Source: Octopus sinensis (taxonomy: Eukaryota). Taken from it: DNA of 64,000 nucleotides. Below the pieces are notes generated by a model, which was given only the letters and a program-made list of their open reading frames with translations, ran no database searches and had not been told where the DNA came from. The translations under genes were made by a program, and so were the position numbers. Of the stretch, positions 1-11,174 are shown one piece after another (within the stretch, counting starts at the first letter, position 1; each line of letters opens with the position of its first letter). The stretch spans positions 56,172,001 to 56,236,000 of the forward strand of contig NC_042997.1 of the NCBI RefSeq assembly GCF_006345805.1, read 5' to 3'.

Positions 1-209
1 GATAATCACTGAGTTTGCTGGCATCACATTTGCTATTTGAATATTGAACTCTGAAGATTTTAAAAAACGTACTTGATATAAAGGATTGTATGTGAGTATT
101 TATATTTATCTGTGAATATATGTGTGTAAGTACCAGTAGAACACTGGAGTTGATTTAATCAACTTACCCCCTCTCCGAAATTACTGGCCTTGTGCCAAAA
201 TTTGAAACC

Positions 210-251
<42 letters not shown>

Positions 252-259
252 CATTTAGG

Positions 260-375
260 AATGGTCATGTTGCCAGTTTAGCCAATAAAAACACACGCAC
301 TATATATTTGGTGTTAATTTGCTTCAGCTTTATTTATTTTTTACATTTATTGGCTAAACTGGCAACATGACCATT
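260..375. mobile_element. Short foldback/MITE-like element with perfect 30-bp inverted repeats
   Basis: 260-289 AATGGTCATGTTGCCAGTTTAGCCAATAAA is the exact reverse complement of 346-375, with a 56-bp spacer. Adjacent to a (TA)n tract. Confidence 0.7.
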
Positions 376-392
376 ATCTGTTTCAACACACG

Positions 393-415
393 ATTTCACA
401 TCAAGAATGTTTCAA

Positions 416-467
<52 letters not shown>

Positions 468-490
468 TTGCAACATTCTTGATGTGAAAT
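393..490. repeat. Near-perfect 98-bp palindrome centred on (AT)n
   Basis: ATTTCACATCAAGAATGTTTCAAAACAA (393-420) and its reverse complement at 463-490 differ at one position. The centre is self-complementary (AT)n. Confidence 0.85.
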
Positions 491-500
491 ATATATATAT

Positions 501-878
501 ACTCTTTTTACTCTTTTTACTTGTTTCAGTCATTTGACTGCGGCCATGCTGGAGCACCGCCTTTAGTCAAGCGAATCGACCCCGGGACTTATTTTTTGTA
601 AGCCCAGTACTTATTCTATCGGTCACTTTTGCTAAACTGCTAAGTGACGGTGACGTAAACACACCAGCATCGGTTGTCAAGCAATGCTAGGGGGACAAAC
701 ACACATATATATATACGACAGGCTTCTTTCAGTTTCCGTCTACCAAATCCACTCACAAGGCATTGGTCGGCCCGGGGCTATAGCAGAAGACACTTGCCCA
801 AGATGCCACGCAGTGGGACTGAACCCGGAACCATGTGATTGGTTAGCAAGCTACTTACCACACAGCCACTCCTGCACC
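501..878 (-). mobile_element. tRNA-derived SINE family A (CORE-like), near full length
   Basis: On the minus strand: A-box-like TGGCTGTGTGG, B-box-like GGTTCAGTCC, CORE-like CTTGGGCAAGT, central (TA)n, conserved 3' half, and an AAAAGAGT-type tail. Many other copies in the window. Confidence 0.85.
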
Positions 879-1012
879 TATATATATATTTATATATATA
901 TATATATATTTATCTATTTATCTATTTATCTATTTATTTATTTATTTATAAGTTAAGGATATAATCATAAAAATGACCATATAGGTAACATTAATTTTTT
1001 ATGTATATAATT

Positions 1013-1150
1013 ATAAAAATATAATTATAAAAAAGGGCTACTAGAAATGACCATCACCAATGCTTAGAGTGGATTCTAGGTATTTGACATCTACTTCTAG
1101 CATTGGCAATGGTCATTTCCAGTAGCCCTTAACTATAATTATATTTTCAT
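1013..1150. repeat. Inverted repeat / hairpin element
   Basis: 1033-1064 and 1099-1130 are complementary (32 bp, 3 mismatches), and the stem extends about 20 bp further in AT-rich flanks. Shares the ATGGTCAT...CCAGT(TT)AGCC motif with the 260-375 element. Confidence 0.7.
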
Positions 1151-1629
1151 TATTATATATATATATAGATATAGATATAATATGAACTCTAGGTTGAAAT
1201 TTGTTTGGGCAATATTTCAACTTCTACAGGCAATTTCATTGCAGTTTACCATGGAGAAAAAATTCTCTGTTGTGATAAAAGATCTAAAGACATTGTTATC
1301 AGTTCAAAATGTCCTCTGTGAACCTTGCAGATGGACATTTCTGGTTCCTTTGCCATCTCCATTGTAGATACTAAAGAGAGGCAACTCTGAGCTGACCGAA
1401 ATCCTTAACTTTATAAGAAATCAGTAAATGCTAGTTACTGATTTGCGCTCATAGACTGCCAAGTCTAATCAAATACATAAGTAGTAGTGCAAGGTAGTGA
1501 TGGAAAATGAACAATCTTTCTTTGGTGTCCACTACAGCAGATGGCAAAAAAAAAAAAAAAAGAAATTTGCATCTAGAGGTCCATGGAGGTCGTTTTGAGC
1601 TAATAATGATGTCTTTATACCTTTTACCA

Positions 1630-1790
1630 TTAGGTTGTTTGGTGATAGAAAGGGTATCCTGCTGTAAAAACCCTGTCAAAACAGACACTGAAGCTTGGTG
1701 CAGTCTTCTGCCTGGCCAGCCTCCTGTCAAACCGTCCAACCCATGCCAGCATGGAAAGCAGATATTAAACGATGATGATATATATACATG
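1630..1790 (+). mobile_element. Family C (RTE-associated 3'-end repeat), truncated
   Basis: Ends in TCAAACCGTCCAACCCATGCCAGCATGGAAAG...AAACGATGATGAT, the same end as the copies at 32192, 35130 and 63734. Confidence 0.7.
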
Positions 1791-2519
1791 ATGAATTTCT
1801 TCCAGTTTCTGTCTACCAAGTCCACTCACAATGTTTTGGTCAACCTGGGGTGTAGCAGAAAACACAATTGCCCAAGGTGCACACAGAACCATGTAGTTTG
1901 AAAGCAGTCTTCTTTTATTCATTTAATTGGCCACAAGGGCTTTGCAAAGAAATGAAGCTGCATACTTACCACACAGCCACACCTGCACCTGCAAAATATT
2001 AATATACATACTTACATATATACAGACGCAAACACATGTGTATATGCATGTATGTATGAGTATATCTGATTGTGTATTTACATAAATTTTCCCACCCCAA
2101 CCTTCTGTCATTTTGTTTCTGCCATTATATTATGAGGTTCTGTCCTCCTTACAATTCTTTAACTTTTATCATAACAGTAATTCCATGGTTCTTCGATTAT
2201 TTTGTACCTACCTGTCTTCCAGTCCTCATTCTTCTCACCAAACTTTAACTCATCTTTTTGAAGCATGTTTCTGCTTAGCTTTCTGTTTTACTTTTCTCCT
2301 TTGTCACCCCACTTTCTTGGCTTCTCGTTTTCTCATACGGCCCTTTCTTGATTCTCTCCCCCTCCTAACAAATCAATTCAGCTTCAATTTTCCCTGTTTC
2401 TTCCTTCTTTTTAGATGATAGGCCAAAGCAGCATAATATTATATGCTATAATTCATGTAGCAAATAAACTTTAGTGACCATCTAAACATTATTAACTCAT
2501 TGTCTAAATATTATTTACT

Positions 2520-2725
2520 GGCTTCAAATTTTAGCAGAAAGCTAGTAATTTGGGGGAGGAGTAAGTCAGTTACATTAACACCAATGTTCAACTAGTACTT
2601 GCTTTATCAACCCCGAAAGGCTGAAAAGCAGAGTCAACCTTAGCAGAATTTGAACTCAGAACATAAATATAGATGAAATACTGCTAAGCTTTTTGCTTGG
2701 TGTGCTAACAATTCTGCCAGTTCGT
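2520..2725 (-). mobile_element. SINE family B, decayed
   Basis: Reverse complement matches the 11942-12171 copy (CTGGCAGAA head, GAGTTCAAATTC, GACT.TGC.TTTCA.CCTTTCGGGG). Confidence 0.7.
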
Positions 2726-4088
2726 TACCTTATTGTCCCTTCATATTACAAACATAAATATTTTATTACCAAATATGGAATTTTCTAAAACAAAACCCAT
2801 TGTAAAAAAATTGTGGTAGTTCAATAAACTAGTTGTTCAAATGGTTATAGCAACCATTTGGTTACAGTACTATATACCTGTATATGACATTAGTATTCTT
2901 GACGCAATAAATATACTTAGCTTCATATTTTGTGGAGAGACTTGGGAGTAAATGTCAATCAGATTATTCAGTTTACTATTCTAAAATCAAAGATGCTCTA
3001 TCTGGAAGTCTACCTAGGGAGGGAAGATATGATTTCTGAATGTTTATGAAAAGATATTTCAGTGACTAAAAGACATTAAAAAAAAAAATGAGAAAATAAC
3101 CAGCAAAACTGAATAAGACTAGCTTTAAAGAATATACAAGACATGATTCACCCCATGCTGGACAATAGTGAATATATGGCCACAAATGTATATCAATGTT
3201 GGTTTAAAGTCAAATTAGTAATGTTAAGCCAAATCAGAACATAGTCTAAGTTGGATATGAATTAGTAAACCCATTGAATATCATAGTATATAGCACAATG
3301 TATGTCTGTGATACAATTCTGTTATTTCTGTTGAAAAGTATCTTTGTCTTTCTTCGTGTTTATTTTCAGCCAAAAGTTTTAGTTTATATGTGATTGAGAT
3401 TTTAAGCTTTATTTTCTTAAGCTTCTCTAGATCCTTCAAAATCCTTAAGCAAAAATTTGCTACCAGATTTCTTAAATGGCAATTAAAATGCACAACTTCA
3501 AAATTTAGAATTTGCAACTGATATTGCACACTTTCTCTGCTTCAGTCTATCTTAGATGAAATATAGGTACCACCCACATAGTCATATTTGAATGTTCTGT
3601 AGGAAAATGTTTAAGTATTCTTTTTTAATAACTATCAAAACCCATGCTAATATGAGAAAAAAAAGTTATGAAAACATAAAAAAATATTATATATATAGAA
3701 TAGATTGTAATCTTTCAAAAATCATGTTGTTGCTATCATATTTTTATTGTGTTCCAAACAGATTGATTCCTTTTCCTTGACAAATGTACTTTGAGTCTAT
3801 AATGTCATTATTTTAGGTTTGTTTTTTTTGTCCATAAAGATTTTCTCAATTTGCTAGAATTATAAACATTTATTATTGTAGGATTTTGTATTCCAGTAAG
3901 ATCATTTTTAGTTTGTTTTACTGGTTACAGTTACAAAATTGCAACCACGTTTGGGGTATTGCCTTCAAGAGCAATGCTCACAGCAACCCCAGTACTTATT
4001 TTTTTAAAACTGTTTGTTAAAATGCTAAGTTAATAGCAAGTAGACACACACACACATATTTGTATGTATGTATATGTATGTATATGTG

Positions 4089-4135
<47 letters not shown>

Positions 4136-4749
4136 GTCACATAATTAAAAATATATATATATATATTTATGTCACATAAAAAATATATATATATGTGTGT
4201 GTGTATGTGAGGATGTGTGGCGTTCAATCATATAATAATGTTCTATCCTATTATTCTGTCACTCTCTCTCCCTCGCTCCTCCTCCCTTGCTCATGTGGCT
4301 CCCATGTGACCATCAGCCATCTTTCTTTTCCTAACTTGTGTTTCTTTCTCTCCGTCGTAGCTGGAACAAGGAAGACGTGTTCTTCTCTGTCTCCTGTCCA
4401 AGCTTGATTTACACATTCACTACCACAACCACAACTTCGTTTAGGCTTAGCAGCCCTTCCTGCTTGTTTTCACTGTCCTGTTTATGTTACCAATTTTGAA
4501 CCTCCGCAAAATCCCAAATTTTATTTAATTTGCTTTGCGGGAGCAACTGTTTTATCGAAAGTGTATATTGCTGTTAAATGTTCAAACTAGCCAACAACTG
4601 ATGAAGGGTCGTGTTTTGTGTTGTTTGTCTTGTTTTCCATTTGTGTCTTTCGTTGTTCGAAAAAATAATTCATATTCCATGTACTCATACTTCATATTTT
4701 TTGTTGTACACATTTCATGACGTCCTGTGCCCACATATGCATATATATA

Positions 4750-4781
<32 letters not shown>

Positions 4782-4815
4782 GTACGTACTTACATCTATA
4801 CACATATATATATAT

Positions 4816-4863
<48 letters not shown>

Positions 4864-5024
4864 ATATATATGCGTATAGATGTAAGTATGTACATATACA
4901 TATGTATATATGCATATATATATATTTTCTATAGTAATATATTATAAGTATATGGGTGCCATTCATGTAGCATCTCAACAATTAGTGATTGATAAAATAA
5001 AGTATCAAGTTTAAAATGCACACA

Positions 5025-5064
<40 letters not shown>

Positions 5065-5588
5065 ACCCAAGCATGCATACAACTGGCTTCCACAGAGTTT
5101 CCAACTACCAAATTCCCCTCACAAGGTATTAATCAACCCATATCTATAGCAGAAGGCAATTCCTTGTGGTGTTGTGCAGTGTGATCAAGCCTGGAACCAC
5201 ATGGTTGCAAAGGTGAACTTCTTAATTACACAACTAATGTATACTACTAGAAAATAAACTGAAATGGACTATAAATTTTATAGTATATTATCAACTACTG
5301 TGTTTCATTTTCTTGCAACTAAATGCTACTTTACAAAACATGGAGTGTAGAACCATATGTAGACATATATGCAATTAAGAACAACCAAACAACTAAAATA
5401 TATTTTTTGAGGAGTAGAAATATCTTTTATGTTATATTTCCTATACTGTTCTACATTATGGCAGTGAACTGGTAGACACATTTGAGTGTCAGATAGAATC
5501 CATTGTAGTGTTTGTCCTGGCTCTCTGCATTCTGAGTTCAAATCCCATTAAGGTCTACTTTGTCTTTCATCTATTTGGTGATCAATTA

Positions 5589-5997
5589 GGCGCAGGAGTG
5601 GATGTGTGGTAAGTAGCTTGCTAACCAACCACATGGTTCCGGGTTCAGTCCCACTGCGTGGCATCTTGGGCAAGTGTCTTCTGCTATAGCCTCGGGCCGA
5701 CCAAAGCCTTGTGAGTGGATTTGGTAGACAGAAACTGAAAGAAGCCTGTCGTATACATGTATATATATATATGTATGTGTGTGTGTATGTTTGTGTGTCT
5801 GTGTTTGTCCCCCTAGCATTGCTTGACAACCGATGCTGGTGTGTTTACGTCCCCGTCACTTAGCGGTTCGGCAAAAGATACCGATAGAATAAGTACTAGG
5901 CTTACAAAGAATAAGTCCTGGGGTCGATTTGCTCGACTAAAGGCGGTGCTCCAGCATGGCTGCAGTCAAAAGACTGAAACAAGTAAAAGAGTAAGAA
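5589..5997 (+). mobile_element. SINE family A, near full length, young
   Basis: Same structure as 501-878 in the opposite orientation. By eye, 6 differences over the 5' ~165 nt. CpGs largely retained. Confidence 0.88.
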
Positions 5998-7782
5998 TAT
6001 ATACAGTGCCTACGAGGGCAGTAGATTGGCAGAATTCTTAGAGAATATCTTGTGATATCTGTTCCAGTTCTTTGCATTCTCAGTTGAAATTCTGCCTTGA
6101 CATTCAAATCTTGTTGATCATGTCATTGTCTTTCACACACTGAGAGAAGGCATCAAAGTGAACCATAACCGACTGTGGCACCGGCATCTCTCTTCAGTCA
6201 GACACACCAGCCATCACCTCAACACAGTTGTATATATGGATAGAGAGGCTAGGAAGTTCAAACACTAATGAATAGCCCTAGGGTTTTCACAAACCTTGGA
6301 AATGTCCTCTGCAACAATGAAACACCAATGCTAATTGATCCACATGGTTAAAAAGTTTAGATGTTTACTGCTTGTCTTTGAAGTTATGTCATCTTCCCTC
6401 AATTATATCACACATAAAATATAGAAACAATTATCAAAGGTCACAGCATATTAACTAATTCATAATCTTTTGGTAAAGTGTCTAACACTTTAACTATTCT
6501 GCCATTGTACACTTAATTTTAGTTGCTTATTTAAGATGTGGCATCGATCAGATAAAACTGATTTGCTAAGTTGAAAAAATCCATTTAAAATAATTAGGCT
6601 GGACAGGCATTCAGAAAATTATGTCTGAGACCTTGCCTTCATTATTATGCCAGAATCTGCATCATCAGGCCAACAGGCTGTGAATCTAGTCGGATGCTAC
6701 TTGTACAGCTATTACTGCTTCTGCCATTATTGTTGTTGTTATTCCCAATTGGAACAGCTTCGCTTATAATTCTTAATGCCCATAAGGTATGCATGATCAT
6801 CATCACAACACACATTTCTTCGTATCTCTTTCTCAAAGGTTTCATGCTTAATTAAATTAGGTTTTATTTTAAATAATCATCATCATCATCATCATCATTA
6901 TCATCACTATCATCATCATCGTCAAGAAATTATTAGTGTTTTGTTATATGCATTTAAATGTGTACAGTTTATCTTCCTGTTTTATGGGATGGGAAGTACT
7001 GGTCAAAATGGTATTTTATAATACTGCACAGTGTGTAGTTTTGTTTTGCTTTGTGTGTGTGTGTTTGGGTGGGGTTCTTATATATTCTTTAATTGGATTA
7101 ATTAGTTCTATTCCAAAGTTCATCTTCGAAAGTTAATCCATTCTTGTAAGGGGTATTAGTTTGTTTTAATTGGTGTGAGATTCTTATAAATAGACTTTAC
7201 TGTCCGTTTTTTATTGTTTTTATATTAAAGATATGAATACAGTTTTCATTACAATACATACTACAATGGCAGGCATTAATCAGTATGATTTATCACATCT
7301 TATAATATTGTAACCTGCTCATTCAAAAAAAAAAACATTTGAAATGCATATTTCTGTTATTTATTCTCTACAGCAATTTTCTAACAGCAAAGTGACCAAT
7401 GTACAAATCTGGCCACTTTACTATTTTACATAGTTATATTTTACTGCAACAGGTTATTTGACACAATGTTAATACAGCTATGTTCTTTTCGACAGTTACA
7501 TACTCTAGTTAAGGCAGTGAATGGCAGAGTCACTAGGAGACAGGATAGAGTACCTTGCAGTATTCATCTGTTTCTTTGCACTCCAAGTTCACATCCTGCC
7601 AAGATCAACTTCATGTTTCATTCTTTATGGAGTCCATATATATAATACTAGTCTAGTACTGGGGTTACTACTACTACTTCTTCTCTCTCTCTCTCTCAGT
7701 CGTAATTACATGTCCCCACCCACATCTCTATCTTGTATATGTTATTCTGATCCAGCCTGAGAATTGCCTTAAAAGTTTATGT

Positions 7783-8199
7783 CAATGAGTCTTAACCATT
7801 TTTTTTTCTGTAGCACCACCCCCTTTAAGTAGTTGTTATGCCCAGTTCCCATCTAAGTAGCAAGTGAGATATCGTAACTAAACCAACTTGGGTGATAATT
7901 TGTAAATTTTACTCTAAAAATGGATTGTAAAAGCTTTTAAGAGTGAAATGATAAAAAATTAATAAAGACAAAAGTTGTAAATTTACTTTATACATTGCAA
8001 GTTAATGACTTCCTTGTGCCTGATGAGATTTCATTTATTTTAATAATTATTACTAGTTTTATCATGTAGAATATAATTATTATTATAGGTAAAATTTAGC
8101 GTGCTAATTATTTACCTCACCACCCCCTAAAGCCTAACATCCCCTTCAACATGCTCAGTGCCCCTTTGGGTGCAGTACCAGCCATGTTGAGAACTTCTG
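7783..8199. mobile_element. hAT-type MITE
   Basis: Degenerate CAGTGGTTCTCAAC-type termini (CAATGAGTCTTAAC ... GTTGAGAACTTCTG) flanked by a perfect 8-bp TSD, GTTTATGT (7775-7782 and 8200-8207). Confidence 0.8.
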
Positions 8200-8399
8200 G
8201 TTTATGTGTACAAGGAAAAGTTAGCCCTTGTAGGGATTCATGAGGTGGAATTCAGTTGGTCAAACTACAGGCTTATTGTTGAGACCAATACAGAAATCCC
8301 CATCACTCTAGTTGCTACATACTTTTTCCAAGTATTCATTTGACAGACATGTCTAAATCATCAGTTTGCAACTTCACTGAAGCACAGTTGCTTTTTTCT

Positions 8400-9130
8400 T
8401 ACTTGTTCAAGTTATCAGACTATGGTCATGCTAGGGCACTACCTGAATGGGTTTTGTTGAATAAATTGACCCCAGTACATTTTTTTTCTAAGTCTGGTAT
8501 GTATTCTATCACCTCCCTTTTGCTGAACCCCTTGGAGTGCAAATAAACATTTTTTATTTATTTATGCGCCCTTTTCAAGTGTAGCCAGGCTCATGGACCT
8601 GGTTTCCCGGTTTCTGTGGCATATGTGTTCTCCCCGCTGGACGGGACGCCAGTCCATCACAGTGTTACTCAAGAAACAGGAAGAAAGAGTGAGAGAAAGT
8701 TGGGGCAAAAGAGTACAACAGGGGTCACCTCGTGGAGCTTTAGGTGTTTTCGCTCAATAAACACACACAACGCCCAGTCTGGGAATTGAAACCACAATCC
8801 TCCGACCGCAAGTCCATTGCCCTAACCACTGGGCCATTGTGCCTCCACCAAAGAAACAGATGAATACTGCAAAAGATACTCTATCCTGTGTTATAGTGAC
8901 TCTGCCCATTCACTGCCTAAGTTAAATGGACACAAGTAAACTACATCAGTTGTCAAGTGGTGATGTATACACACATATACATATATATGTATATATACAG
9001 TGGACTTCCACACAGTTTCCATCTACCAAATTCACCCAGAGCTATAATAGAAGACACTTGCCTAAGTGTACTGTGGGACTGAATCCAAAATCACTCGGCT
9101 ACAAAGTAAGTCTCTCTGCCACACACCCTA
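8400..9130 (-). mobile_element. Decayed SINE A interrupted by a family D SINE
   Basis: SINE A 3'-half sequence at about 8400-8540 resumes at about 8915 and continues through the central microsatellite to the head near 9130. Confidence 0.6.
8566..8848 (-). mobile_element. tRNA-derived SINE family D
   Basis: Minus-strand head GTGGAGGCACAATGGCCCAGTGGTTAGGG with B-box GGTTTCAATTCC. Internal GATGGACTGGCGTCCCGTCCAG resembles the V-SINE domain as I recall it. Possible TSD CAAA(T/G)AAACA. Confidence 0.82.
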
Positions 9131-11128
9131 TGTTTTATATTGGTTTTTTCGTTAGTATTCTACAATTGTCCAGAAAGGGTGTGTGTGTGTGTGTTTATGA
9201 AAGGTGGGTGAGGACACGAAATGTATGGAATAACAGGACTGATTTTCACATTCCCCTTTTAATATGAGGCTGGAGAGAGCATCCCCAAGAGTGGGGTGGG
9301 AGTTTGATCCTTGCGTGGTTATCCCCTCCCTATATAGACCTACATTGAAGATAATTTTAAATTTAATTTTATACGTAGTGTATTTATACATATGACTACT
9401 GTGTGTTTAGATATATGTATGTTTGTCTCTCTCTCTCACACACACATACATACAGTCATGAGTACCTATACATACATACATACATGTTTTTGCTTTTATA
9501 TTTTTGTTTCTCATTGTGTTCAATGTTTTTTGATATTCTGTACCCATATATGCATGTATATATACATATAGATGTAGGTATGTACATATATGTATGTATA
9601 TGCATACATATATGTACATACCTACATCTATATATTATTTATATATTATTTTATTATTACACACACACACATAACATACACGATAATACCATGTATTTTG
9701 TGCTTTATTTGCATTTTATAATCATGCATGTTCACACCAGGATGTTTATCTATACTATTGTACCTTATTCTTTGTATTTACATCGGCCCTTAAAAAAAAA
9801 AAAGAAAGAAGTCGTTGCTGCTGTTGCTCTAAAATATTTTCTATTTAATGTTTCAGTTTTATTACGGTGGTGTGACGGTGGGGTTGTTTGCTTTAAAAAA
9901 GTAAAGGCCTTCAGAGTTATCTCCCCTAGAACACCATCCTCCGGCTTGAGAATCACAATAAAAATTTTAACAACCGCATCCTGATACCTGTAAAGGTGAT
10001 TCCTTGTATAAAAATAGATTTACTGGTATTTAGCTGTCGAGTGAGTGACATGGCTTTGTTGTGTTTAGTTATCTTCCTTCACGTTCTTAGTTCAAATCCC
10101 ACGGAGGTTGATTTTACCTTTAATTCTTTCGTGTGGTGAACACTGAGACAATCTTCTATAATAATTCCATTTACATCTTGGATGCATTATAGAAGCATAA
10201 ATCATCCCTGGTACTTTATTTTAACAACTAGAGGAGTGAGAGACAGAGTTTCGAATTCAGTAAATTTTGGATTCTGAAAATGAAATGCTATAACTAGATA
10301 CCACAAAACATTTTCCCCAATGCTCTGCCAATTCACAGATAATATTCTGTTGTTCTCTCATCCTGAATGTTGAGTCCTGTACCTGTATTGGAAATTATTA
10401 TTATTTAGCTTTTCTTTATGCCTTTTTTTTTTTCATTTTCTTTATAATGATGGGATAGTAACAAGGTACAAATGATTACATCAATCCACTGGTGTTTGTT
10501 GTACTGACCTGAAGGAACAAGTGTAAAACTTGATTGCAATAGAATTTGAAATCAAAGCAGTTGTGTGTCTAATCTTGGAACCTACATAGCATCCAGTATG
10601 GTTCTCAACCACTTGCACCAGTTCAAATGTCCTGCTGCTTTGAATAACAGGGATAATGGCATATTTCTCAAATTGGCAGGAAACATTAAAAGTATAAGGG
10701 TAGGATGAGAAGATGTGACATGTCAGTTACTGCTGAAAATCAAAGGGAAATTTTTGTCCTCCCTCTACTTCTATAATTATACTAAACTGTCTTATTAAAT
10801 ATTACCCTCCCTACATTATTGTTGTTTTGTTTTTATCTATTTTTTAATTTATGAGATAAATAACCAGTTGGCTTGAATGCAGTATTATTACAGGTGCTTG
10901 ACTTATAATGGAGGGCTAAGTGCTATACCTATAAAACTTAAGTATTCATAAAAGAATAAACCTCTTTTCTACACCACTAATAATACCACTTCTAGAAAGG
11001 CCTTGAATGTTAAAACTATCTCATTCCTGCACTTTCACTGAAGTTAATCTGAAGCCTTTACCCTATGTAAGAAAGCAATCCTATTTTTTACTATCTAAAA
11101 ATATAGTTGTGCTCTTTTTGAGACGATT

Positions 11129-11161
<33 letters not shown>

Positions 11162-11174
11162 ATGTGTGTGTGTG

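Noticed and set aside
684-956. ORFs recurring with similar peptides (684-956, 5548-5829, 5586-5819, 38489-38806, 20332-20622)
   Set aside because: The similarity comes from SINE copies, not from a gene family.
5589-5660. tRNA-like A/B-box sequences (also 8790-8848, 11942-12030, 20615-20673)
   Set aside because: They are SINE heads continuous with SINE bodies. No complete cloverleaf could be drawn, so they are not called tRNA genes.
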